27,874 nt of DNA from a virus (taxonomy: Duplodnaviria > Caudoviricetes): the IMG/VR virus record IMGVR_UViG_3300044708_000154, positions 1-27,874 of that record. One strand, written 5' to 3'. Each line of letters starts with the position of its first letter. The stretch's first letter is position 1. The notes beneath the pieces are model-generated. The model was given only the letters and a program-made list of their open reading frames with translations, ran no database searches and was not told where the DNA came from. This document shows positions 1 to 6,256 of the stretch, one piece after another. Both the position numbers and the translations under genes were made by a program.

Positions 1-67
1 TTCTGTAGCTCAGGTCGCAATCGCGAAGCTTGGAGTGCAGGAAGTCGCGCAGGGCTTCGTTTTTCAC
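1..67 (-). CDS. Hypothetical protein, 5' part only (MKNEALRDFLHSKLRDCDLSYR...)
   Basis: GTG overlaps the TGA of the upstream gene (GTGA); frame open to the window edge. Confidence 0.55.
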   Translation of the reverse strand, partial: MKNEALRDFLHSKLRDCDLSYR

Positions 68-390
68 AGCCGCACCTGCTTCAGGGACGCATAGCCAAGC
101 TCATGCCGAAGGTGTTCGACGATTGCGTTCGCGGCGTCGTACCCACAGCCGCCCATCGCAACGCCCTCGTGAACCTTATCGATCGAGTAGCCGCAAGCCT
201 GCGCCACCAGGTACGTAGGCCAGAGTGGCGATCCGTCCACGAAGACGACGGGCGTAATGACACGCCTTAGTCCGGTGCGGCTACGGTGCCGAAGGATTGT
301 GAAGACGGTTCCGCCATCTGGCAGGATACGGCGGAGTTCGGCGATGGCCTCTTGCTTTGCGGCTTCCCGCGCCTTCAGGGACTGACTCAT
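64..390 (-). CDS. Phage early hypothetical protein (108 aa)
   Basis: AAGGAG RBS; TILRHRSRTG...GGCGYD pattern resembles a recurrent phage hypothetical family (recalled, not searched). Confidence 0.85.
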   Translation of the reverse strand: MSQSLKAREAAKQEAIAELRRILPDGGTVFTILRHRSRTGLRRVITPVVFVDGSPLWPTYLVAQACGYSIDKVHEGVAMGGCGYDAANAIVEHLRHELGYASLKQVRL

Positions 391-413
391 GGTCGTCTCT
401 CCTTAGTTTGCCG

Positions 414-478
414 AGCTTGAGCGCTCGCCTCAAGGACGCAACGATGGCGCGTTGTGCCTTGGGGTGAAGGTTCGAGCT
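414..478. other. Long imperfect intergenic hairpin
   Basis: AGCTTGA/TCGAGCT, TCGCCTCAAGG/CCTTGGGGTGA and CGCAACG/CGTTGTG arms. Confidence 0.8.
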
Positions 479-644
479 ACTCAGTGACAACGACCCTTAC
501 GACTCGAGTTAGGGTTTTCGGTTCTTCGCTACGCCTTCGCACGTACTCCGCTCGCGCTTCTTTGAAGGTAGGGAGCCAGGCAACGGGATTCCACACATGA
601 TCCCCGAGGAAGTCTTGCTGTACCTGCCATTCGGTGTATCTCAT
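477..644 (-). CDS. Small hypothetical protein (55 aa, MRYTEWQVQQDFLGDHVWNPVAWLPTFKEARAEY...), below the ORF-track cutoff
   Basis: Translated by hand; fills the gap in the tightly packed minus-strand operon. Confidence 0.8.
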   Translation of the reverse strand: MRYTEWQVQQDFLGDHVWNPVAWLPTFKEARAEYVRRRSEEPKTLTRVVRVVVTE

Positions 645-883
645 GGCTTACCACTTCCAGGAGTCGGGGAGGGCGGAGTAGCGCCGTTCCGCCGTGACTT
701 GGTACCCATTGGCGTGCCGTGCTCGCCGTCCGCCCTATGTAGGATTTCGCGGGCGCGAGCTTCGCAGTAGCCTGATAGGTGCCGCAGCGCTTCGGATGCT
801 TCCAGCAGGCGCTCCGCGCCTTCCGCTCCGCAGGGAGTCTGGATGTTGATGTTCGGGATTGTGAATTCGTCGAGTAAGCTCAT
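641..883 (-). CDS. Hypothetical protein, probably frameshifted near 715-725
   Basis: ATGA overlap with the upstream gene; an alternative frame gives a more protein-like end ...AERRYSALPDSWKW* (TAA 648-650). Confidence 0.7.
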   Translation of the reverse strand: MSLLDEFTIPNINIQTPCGAEGAERLLEASEALRHLSGYCEARAREILHRADGEHGTPMGTKSRRNGATPPSPTPGSGKP

Positions 884-1092
884 GGCTTCCACTCCTTCTT
901 AGTCGTCCAGGTTCCTAGGTAGACCGCGCCATCCGCGACCCTGAACACTTCGAAGCCTGGACCACGGTTTCTAGCGATTCGCAAGGCGGACTCAAGAGAC
1001 ACACATGGGCATACCAGGATCGGATTGGTGCGCTTACTCCCCATCCCGTCCGTGGTCTGTCGCACTTCGTATGGGTAGACGGAGCGCCCCAT
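880..1092 (-). CDS. Hypothetical protein (70 aa, MGRSVYPYEV...)
   Basis: Operon packing: starts 2 nt after the upstream stop. Confidence 0.75.
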   Translation of the reverse strand: MGRSVYPYEVRQTTDGMGSKRTNPILVCPCVSLESALRIARNRGPGFEVFRVADGAVYLGTWTTKKEWKP

Positions 1093-1094
1093 GG

Positions 1095-1280
1095 CTATCG
1101 CCCTATCGCTATCGCCGCAAGCCTCAGTGCGTCCTCTTTCGACCACGCCATGCCGGACCAAACGACCTTCTGAAACTCATGTTGTACGCGGTAGTCGTTC
1201 ATTTCCGACGCCAGCGCAGACAGGACGGGCGGCTGTGGCACTATGCATCCTCGAAATTCCCAGACCGTGAACGGGCGCAT
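1095..1280 (-). CDS. Hypothetical protein (61 aa, MRPFTVWEF...)
   Basis: GGGAGG RBS; 2 nt after the upstream stop. Confidence 0.75.
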   Translation of the reverse strand: MRPFTVWEFRGCIVPQPPVLSALASEMNDYRVQHEFQKVVWSGMAWSKEDALRLAAIAIGR

Positions 1281-1282
1281 GG

Positions 1283-1510
1283 CTAGGCTCCTCCCTTGGA
1301 CGCACAATCCGGGCAGAGTCCGCCGTTGGCTCGCCCCGCCGCCTCGATTGCGTCCCGATCCTGCCCGAGGGTATGAACCGGCAGCCGGTACAGCGTGCGG
1401 TGACCGCAGACGTAGGTCACTTCGAAGGGCATAGTTGCGGGCGTGCGGGGCGACTTGCGGCGCTTGCCGAAGTGTCCCCAAGGGTGCGTGTACTCTCCGA
1501 TGCTTGGCAT
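1283..1510 (-). CDS. Small Zn-ribbon protein (CGH...CPDC)
   Basis: GGAGGAG RBS; metal-ligand pairs. Confidence 0.8.
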   Translation of the reverse strand: MPSIGEYTHPWGHFGKRRKSPRTPATMPFEVTYVCGHRTLYRLPVHTLGQDRDAIEAAGRANGGLCPDCASKGGA

Positions 1511-1512
1511 GA

Positions 1513-1716
1513 CTACTCCTCCCCTTCGTCGTTGTCGAATCCATTGAAGCTGCGCCAGCATGCTTCATCGCAGAAGGTCTGTAGCGGCTCCTCTGGCGAG
1601 AACTCGCTGCCACAGTTACGGCACTCCCTAGTACGTGTGCGCCAGGCTTCGGGACAGCCGGTTTCGTGGCACAGGAGGCCGTTGATTGCGATCGGGTTGC
1701 AGCCGTTGCAGAGCAT
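1513..1716 (-). CDS. Cys-rich Zn-finger protein
   Basis: CxxC, INGxxCHExGCP, CxxC and CxxxC motifs; AAGGA RBS. Confidence 0.85.
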   Translation of the reverse strand: MLCNGCNPIAINGLLCHETGCPEAWRTRTRECRNCGSEFSPEEPLQTFCDEACWRSFNGFDNDEGEE

Positions 1717-1717
1717 G

Positions 1718-1906
1718 TCAGGATTCCTTTCCGTACGACTGACTGCGAATGCGTGAGAATCGTGTGCGCTCCTCAGCTTCCGCCGCTTGCTTGGCGCGCC
1801 TTGCCAGGATCTCGGGCGGCACGTTGCCGCTCGCGGGACATCCAGGGTTGACGCAGTGAGCGCCAGTGATCGGGCAACTACACTCAGTGCAGATATGTAG
1901 GTTCAT
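1718..1906 (-). CDS. Small Zn-finger protein
   Basis: CTEC...CVNPGC; GGGGAG RBS. Confidence 0.8.
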   Translation of the reverse strand: MNLHICTECSCPITGAHCVNPGCPASGNVPPEILARRAKQAAEAEERTRFSRIRSQSYGKES

Positions 1907-1915
1907 TGTTCTCCC

Positions 1916-2011
1916 CTATTGGCTCGCCAATTGGGCGAAGCTGAAAATCACTACGGCGATTAGTACGACGACTAGGGCACAATCTAGGGTGTCGCGGCGG
2001 TGAGGGGACAT
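1916..2011 (-). CDS. 31-aa single-pass membrane peptide (MSPHRRDTLDCALVVVLIAVVIFSFAQLASQ)
   Basis: Translated by hand; fills the gap; hydrophobic stretch. Confidence 0.6.
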   Translation of the reverse strand: MSPHRRDTLDCALVVVLIAVVIFSFAQLASQ

Positions 2012-2014
2012 GGA

Positions 2015-2236
2015 CTAGCCCTTGGTCTCGAATTCGGCAATCACTTCTCGCCTTCCTTGGCCATTCGAGCCGTCAGTCTTGATGACCAGGAAGTAGTCCT
2101 TGCCGTTGTAATGCGAGACGCTGACGTGGACTCCGCCATTCCATCCATCAGCAGCCACCTGGAGACCGGAAGCCTTACTGCCGAGCCGCGAAGCGCTACC
2201 ACGCTGACCGCTGATTACCGCCCGAAACTGTGCCAT
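2015..2236 (-). CDS. Phage hypothetical protein (73 aa, MAQFRAVISGQRGSASRLG...)
   Basis: GGAGG/GAGG RBS; GxRGxASRLG...GW pattern recalled from phage early proteins. Confidence 0.85.
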   Translation of the reverse strand: MAQFRAVISGQRGSASRLGSKASGLQVAADGWNGGVHVSVSHYNGKDYFLVIKTDGSNGQGRREVIAEFETKG

Positions 2237-2261
2237 GACCTCTTCCTCCGAGTTAGGTTTT

Positions 2262-2313
2262 CCTGCGTCCAGTCCTGGCCACGTCCTGAGATATGGCCAG
2301 GGGTTGAGGCAGG
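2262..2313. other. Long imperfect intergenic hairpin
   Basis: CCTGC/GCAGG and CCTGGCCA/TGGCCAGG arms. Confidence 0.75.
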
Positions 2314-2388
2314 CTAGGCGGTCGTTTCGGCTTGCATCCTGCCGAGCTTTTCCAACAGCTCTCTCCTCCGGCGCATTGACTGGCGGTC

Positions 2389-2583
2389 TCAGCGCTGCGT
2401 ACGGTTCAAGCTCTCCCAAGTTTGCAGGGCGCGGCGAGCCTGCGACCAAGCCTCCTCGCGCACCTCGCTCTCAAGCCATGCGCCACACCCCTGAGGGATG
2501 CCTTCGTTCTGCGCGAGCTGCTGGGAGACGATTGCGGTGTACAGCTGAAAGTGACGGGTCTTGCGGGTGACAATTCCGAACAT
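2389..2583 (-). CDS. First gene of the leftward operon, hypothetical; may extend through TGA to TAG at 2314
   Basis: GGGGAG RBS; frame stays open for 24 codons after the TGA. Confidence 0.7.
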   Translation of the reverse strand: MFGIVTRKTRHFQLYTAIVSQQLAQNEGIPQGCGAWLESEVREEAWSQARRALQTWESLNRTQR

Positions 2584-2654
2584 GATGCACTCCCCTTCGT
2601 GCTGCCCTGCGTTTCCACCCCTCCCAGGGCTACTTACCCGCCTTCAGTGAACAT

Positions 2655-2690
2655 AGATTAGCACAGCGTACCAGGATGTCAAGGGGTTAG
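2655..2690 (-). promoter_or_regulatory. Strong leftward sigma70-type promoter
   Basis: TTGACA (2682-2677), 16 nt spacer, TGnTAATCT extended -10 (2660-2655). Confidence 0.85.
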
Positions 2691-2776
2691 GCGAAGAAAG
2701 TTTAGGGAGGTTGATGCGGAGGTAAGTGCGGGGAGGAATGGGGGTTAGGCGGGTTTGACGCCACCAGGTAGGGGGA

Positions 2777-2974
2777 TTACGAGATGTCGTGAGGAAGCTT
2801 TATCGGCTCAAGCGGGCGCTCATAGACAGCCCGCAATCCCTCCTCTAGCACCTCAGCGAAGGGGCGAGACAGAGACGCCTCGAACGCTTCCGCTTGAGCC
2901 GCATCGAGGGGGAGGCTAAGCAGGTAGTGGTAGCCGCTGCCAGGCAGAACTTGGCTTGGTTCGTCGTCGCACAT
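2777..2974 (-). CDS. Hypothetical protein (65 aa)
   Basis: GGAGG RBS upstream. Confidence 0.6.
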   Translation of the reverse strand: MCDDEPSQVLPGSGYHYLLSLPLDAAQAEAFEASLSRPFAEVLEEGLRAVYERPLEPIKLPHDIS

Positions 2975-3006
2975 GACTAAGGCTTCCTCCGAGATCTCGT
3001 AATGTG

Positions 3007-3228
3007 CTAGGTACCCTCAGACACCCACGGTCCGCCCTGCGGATGACGGCAGAGAGGAATCCAGAATGGCGGGATGTCCCAAGTCCACGAAGTCACCCTG
3101 CCATCAGGGCGCGTACCGACATGGCAATTGGTCTCGCACGCGCATGTCTTCCAGAGCGCCTTGCAGGTAGCGCAGCGCTCGTCGGTATGCCTTGACTCCT
3201 GGCGGATCGACTCTAGGTAGGTGCGCAT
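3007..3228 (-). CDS. Cys-rich hypothetical protein (73 aa)
   Basis: CATC/CAC motifs; TACCAT -10-like box 8 nt before ATG. Confidence 0.5.
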   Translation of the reverse strand: MRTYLESIRQESRHTDERCATCKALWKTCACETNCHVGTRPDGRVTSWTWDIPPFWIPLCRHPQGGPWVSEGT

Positions 3229-3369
3229 GGCTAGGGATGGTAACCTATTGACATGGGTAAGGGAAAGAACCGAAACAAGTCCGTCCGCTCCCCAGAGGAG
3301 CACCGAAGGATCACTGCGCACATGGCGACTCGCTCCGAGGTTCAAATCGGCCCGTCAGGCGGTGAGCCA

Positions 3370-3627
3370 ATGAATCCGGCCGAGTGCCGCCTCTTCCTGC
3401 GACTCATTGGCTATCGGAACTACCAGGACTACCTCTATTCGCCGCTCTGGTTCGAGATCCGCACCAAGGTAATGAAGAAGGCCGGAAAGCGCTGCGAATA
3501 CTGCGGCTGTCGAGCCGTCCAGGTTCACCATGAAATCTACACGCGCGAGAACCTGTATGGAGTGACGCTATTCGGTCTGTACGCCGTTTGCGTCCATTGC
3601 CACGAGTTGCGGCACGGCCTGACCTAG
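3370..3627 (+). CDS. HNH endonuclease (alternative start 3253)
   Basis: YxxYLxSxxW...R...CxxCG...VHH..Y...L..VCxxCH...H signature. Confidence 0.9.
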   Translation: MNPAECRLFLRLIGYRNYQDYLYSPLWFEIRTKVMKKAGKRCEYCGCRAVQVHHEIYTRENLYGVTLFGLYAVCVHCHELRHGLT

Positions 3628-3950
3628 GTCCGCTTTCTCCGCCAGTCGATTAGGTGCCTTGGTACGCCCCTGGCCAGCTCGGCGGCTCGCCTCTCGCGTT
3701 GCATGCGCTCAGACAGGGCAACGTGTGGGTTCCCCTCAGTTTCGCGGCGCATGGTCGCCCGCGCCTCTCGTACCGCCAGATGCTGCTCCGCCGGTAGGCA
3801 CCTCTCCCAGTCCGCCATGGGGCGAATCGAGTCGTCGTCAGGGGTCGGCTCCTGAACGGCCGAGGGGCTGTCTTTCGCGCGCCTGAGTGCCTTACGGAGC
3901 GCTTGGTAGTTCTGGACGTTCCTAGAGGGATCGGAGACGAAATCAGACAT
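3624..3950 (-). CDS. Hypothetical protein (108 aa)
   Basis: Lies downstream of the leftward promoter at 4034-4063; helical, charged composition. Confidence 0.6.
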   Translation of the reverse strand: MSDFVSDPSRNVQNYQALRKALRRAKDSPSAVQEPTPDDDSIRPMADWERCLPAEQHLAVREARATMRRETEGNPHVALSERMQRERRAAELARGVPRHLIDWRRKRT

Positions 3951-4033
3951 GAAGGACTAGAACTAGAAATGAAAGAAGAAGGGAGGGCATGGTTCGATTT
4001 CGGATGCTGTCACGCTAACCAACCAGGAAGCGG

Positions 4034-4063
4034 AAGCTATCGAAACTACCTAGGTAATGTCAA
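4034..4063 (-). promoter_or_regulatory. Leftward promoter with palindrome TACCTAGGTA in its spacer
   Basis: TTGACA-18 nt-TAGCTT; palindrome at 4047-4056. Confidence 0.6.
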
Positions 4064-4363
4064 ATGGCCTAATGAGGCGTAAGTCTAGGTTGGGGAGGGA
4101 GGGTGTAGCTAACCCTCTCCGCCCGCCGTGTCGCCATCCTGCCGAAATGCCCCGAAGCCCACGGGGTGCAACTTTCCAGCGGCATGTGTCACTCCAGCCA
4201 CACCTAGCCATCTACAGGAGCGAATGTAGCCTCAGGGCGCCACATGAATTCCTCTATCTGCAATGCCTCCCCGCCATGTGCTACCAACCGTATCCCCCGA
4301 TAATGCAACGTGCTCTGTAAGCCACCACTACAACTGCTTGATTCCACGTGACTTACAGGTTTC

Positions 4364-4391
4364 ACCGCCGATAACGGCCATTATGTTGCGT
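4364..4391 (+). other. dif-like XerC/XerD recombination site
   Basis: ACCGCCGATAA-CGGCCA-TTATGTTGCGT compared with E. coli dif GGTGCGCATAA-TGTATA-TTATGTTAAAT. Confidence 0.65.
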
Positions 4392-4420
4392 TTGAAAGTG
4401 GCATCTCACCTACCAGCGGA

Positions 4421-4651
4421 ATGGACCGAGTCGCCGACCACTTCGCTACCTAGGTAGGGTAGCCAGCATGTGACCTAAACTGTTAGGAGTTAAGGAGGAA
4501 GGACGTATGCACCACTAACTCATTCATTCTACAGGCCGGCCGCCTCACATGTTAAGGTGACAAGGTGGTCACGTGTCTGGCCACCCACCCGGTCTGAAAG
4601 CGAAGCGGCGACTCGGTAACGTAGCCTCCCCTCCGAAGTGGTCCATTTTTT
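4421..4651 (+). ncRNA. Candidate structured ncRNA or single-strand DNA element (strand uncertain)
   Basis: 12-bp perfect outer IR, five inner stems, ends in a T6 run. Confidence 0.5.
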
Positions 4652-4710
4652 CCATCACCAAACCCCTCGACTGACTGGACCAATTGCAGGAATCCGGTCG
4701 TTCGGCATGC

Positions 4711-4748
4711 ACAACCTCTTGACATCCGACCATTCAGCCGTTCATTCT
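4711..4748 (+). promoter_or_regulatory. Promoter for leaderless mRNA
   Basis: AACCTC-TTGACA-18-CATTCT-7 nt-ATG. Confidence 0.75.
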
Positions 4749-4755
4749 CTTGTCC

Positions 4756-5040
4756 ATGCCTACCGACAACCCCAATCCCCGCACGCACGTAGTCGCCCCA
4801 TTGACCTTGGTCCTCGACACGGTGAATGAGATGTCCCTCGTGGACGCGGCTCTAGCCTGGGTAACCAAGGAAATGGAACTCTTCAAGGAACAGCACCCAG
4901 ACTTCCTGGACCCCGATCGCGACGCAGCCGTGGCCAGCCTCAAGGAAAAGTGGGCAAAAGAGGACCGGCGCATCACTGACGCCCTCAACGGCGCCGGGGT
5001 GGCGAAGGGAGACAAGGTAGTCTTCGCCCCCGTGGACTAG
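4756..5040 (+). CDS. Hypothetical protein (94 aa), leaderless
   Basis: High-GC3 codon bias; promoter immediately upstream. Confidence 0.85.
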   Translation: MPTDNPNPRTHVVAPLTLVLDTVNEMSLVDAALAWVTKEMELFKEQHPDFLDPDRDAAVASLKEKWAKEDRRITDALNGAGVAKGDKVVFAPVD

Positions 5041-5051
5041 TCGACGGCCGT

Positions 5052-5089
5052 CTAACCACTTGACATCCACCCCTCCCTCCAACCAGACT
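5052..5089 (+). promoter_or_regulatory. Promoter for leaderless mRNA
   Basis: AACCAC-TTGACA-18-CAGACT-6 nt-ATG. Confidence 0.8.
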
Positions 5090-5095
5090 CCCTCC

Positions 5096-5431
5096 ATGCT
5101 CAAGACCAAGTGGCAGTCCGCCAACGTCGAGGTCACGGTAGCCGTCCAGTGCAACCTGTGCGGAGAGGAGTTCCCCGTCGAGGCGGACGACGGGTTGCGA
5201 GCCCAGGAGGTCCATCTCCTGGAGGCCGAGGGAGGGTTCGCCGGGGTCTTTCCGCCCGACCTGATCCGCTTCCGCTGGCACTGCTGCGGTCCGTGCCTAC
5301 GCAAATGGCTGCATGCCTGCGCGGTTCCTCCGGAGTCGTTCGAGCGCTCACTGTCGATCGGCAACACCCTCAGGCCGATCTCATACGACACGTGGTTCGG
5401 GCCACAATCCACTGGCAACCCAACCCCTTGA
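5096..5431 (+). CDS. Zn-binding hypothetical protein, leaderless
   Basis: CNLCG...CGPC motifs. Confidence 0.85.
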   Translation: MLKTKWQSANVEVTVAVQCNLCGEEFPVEADDGLRAQEVHLLEAEGGFAGVFPPDLIRFRWHCCGPCLRKWLHACAVPPESFERSLSIGNTLRPISYDTWFGPQSTGNPTP

Positions 5432-5457
5432 CAACCAATCCACCCCGCCGGCATACT
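5420..5457 (+). promoter_or_regulatory. Promoter for leaderless mRNA and probably the downstream RNA cluster
   Basis: AACCCC-TTGACA-18-CATACT-6 nt-ATG. Confidence 0.8.
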
Positions 5458-5463
5458 CGGGCC

Positions 5464-5619
5464 ATGAGTGAGCCCGACCGCACGATCCTCTTCACGACTT
5501 GTGGGGCGCTGCTGATCGGAACTCTCGGCGCGTACCTGCTCGGTAACATCGGCGGTCTCTGCGGTTCGGTCATCGGTGCGATCCTTGGGTGCTGCTGCTC
5601 GGATTGCTTCACTGGGTGA
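5464..5619 (+). CDS. 51-aa membrane protein with glycine-zipper pattern
   Basis: GxxxGxxxG hydrophobic helices; leaderless start. Confidence 0.75.
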   Translation: MSEPDRTILFTTCGALLIGTLGAYLLGNIGGLCGSVIGAILGCCCSDCFTG

Positions 5620-5705
5620 GGAGACGCGGCGCCTCAGCTCTCCCGGTAGCGCCTCTACCTTGGCGAAATATGGCAAACCGGGGACTACTACTTGAAGCCC
5701 AGCAG

Positions 5706-5805
5706 TGGTCGCAGGAAGCGCGAGGAAATGCCGCCGGGAGGCACAACATCCTGGGTTGACGAAGGCGGGCGAGCGCCTTGGCGTCCTGGCAGCATCCTGC
5801 GACCA
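5706..5805 (+). ncRNA. Candidate tRNA-like four-way-junction RNA on an extended stem
   Basis: 11-bp perfect terminal IR TGGTCGCAGGA/TCCTGCGACCA enclosing three hairpins. Confidence 0.6.
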
Positions 5806-5820
5806 ACTAGTGGACTTCAC

Positions 5821-5897
5821 GGGCGAGTAGTTCAACCGGAAAGAACGTGAGTTTCCTAAACTCATGGATGGGAGTTCGAACCTCTCCTCGCCCTCCA
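5821..5897 (+). tRNA. tRNA-Arg (anticodon CCT)
   Basis: Acceptor GGGCGAG/CTCGCCC, D arm GTTC/GAAC, anticodon arm TGAGT-TTCCTAA-ACTCA, T arm GGGAG-TTCGAAC-CTCTC, encoded CCA. Confidence 0.95.
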
Positions 5898-5911
5898 ACC
5901 GACAGGACCCC

Positions 5912-6217
5912 ATGATCGACTACCTCCCAGACCCCGACAACCCAAACCGCCGCTTCAGCCTCTCCTACCAGGATCTCCGGGCCGAGCACGGGCGCATGGT
6001 CGCCCTGGACGACACCGCCTTCCTGGCCGACCTCCCTGCCGCCGCGCACCTGGCCTGCATCATCGCGTGGCTGAAGGAACTCGGGCCGAACGCCACGATC
6101 GGTGATTGCGGGATCGTCCATGAGCTGGTCCACCTCATCCACATGGGGCCGGACGGATCGACGACCTCGCTCGCCGAGATCCGGCAGTCCTTCGCGCACC
6201 TGCTGAGATTGGCTTAA
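5912..6217 (+). CDS. Hypothetical protein with HExxH motif (HELVH)
   Basis: AGGA RBS; codon bias; the ORF-track start at 5864 falls inside the tRNA. Confidence 0.85.
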   Translation: MIDYLPDPDNPNRRFSLSYQDLRAEHGRMVALDDTAFLADLPAAAHLACIIAWLKELGPNATIGDCGIVHELVHLIHMGPDGSTTSLAEIRQSFAHLLRLA

Positions 6218-6250
6218 CCCCTTGACAAACTCCTCGTCCTGGTTCAACCT
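6214..6250 (+). promoter_or_regulatory. Promoter for leaderless mRNA
   Basis: AACCCC-TTGACA-17-CAACCT-6 nt-ATG. Confidence 0.7.
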
Positions 6251-6256
6251 CTTGAC

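Noticed and set aside
414-478. Integron attC site
   Set aside because: Lacks RYYYAAC/GTTRRRY ends and no integron integrase is present
3240-3280. Rightward promoter at TTGACA 3248
   Set aside because: Has the AACC prefix but no acceptable -10 box at 16-19 nt, so not listed as a promoter
4421-4651. Retron msr-msd
   Set aside because: The outer inverted repeat is suggestive, but there is no reverse transcriptase in the window
5641-5690. Purine riboswitch (TCTACC, AATATGG, GACTAC) or HDV-like/theta ribozyme (GCC-N8-GGC-N7-GG)
   Set aside because: Riboswitch words are in the wrong order; no upstream complement of GAAATAT to form HDV P1
4852-5913. 353-aa minus-strand ORF
   Set aside because: Runs antisense across three promoter-bearing genes and the tRNA; composition not protein-like
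5912-6217. Zinc metallopeptidase call from HELVH
   Set aside because: Protein is only 101 aa with no other zincin features; the motif alone is insufficient
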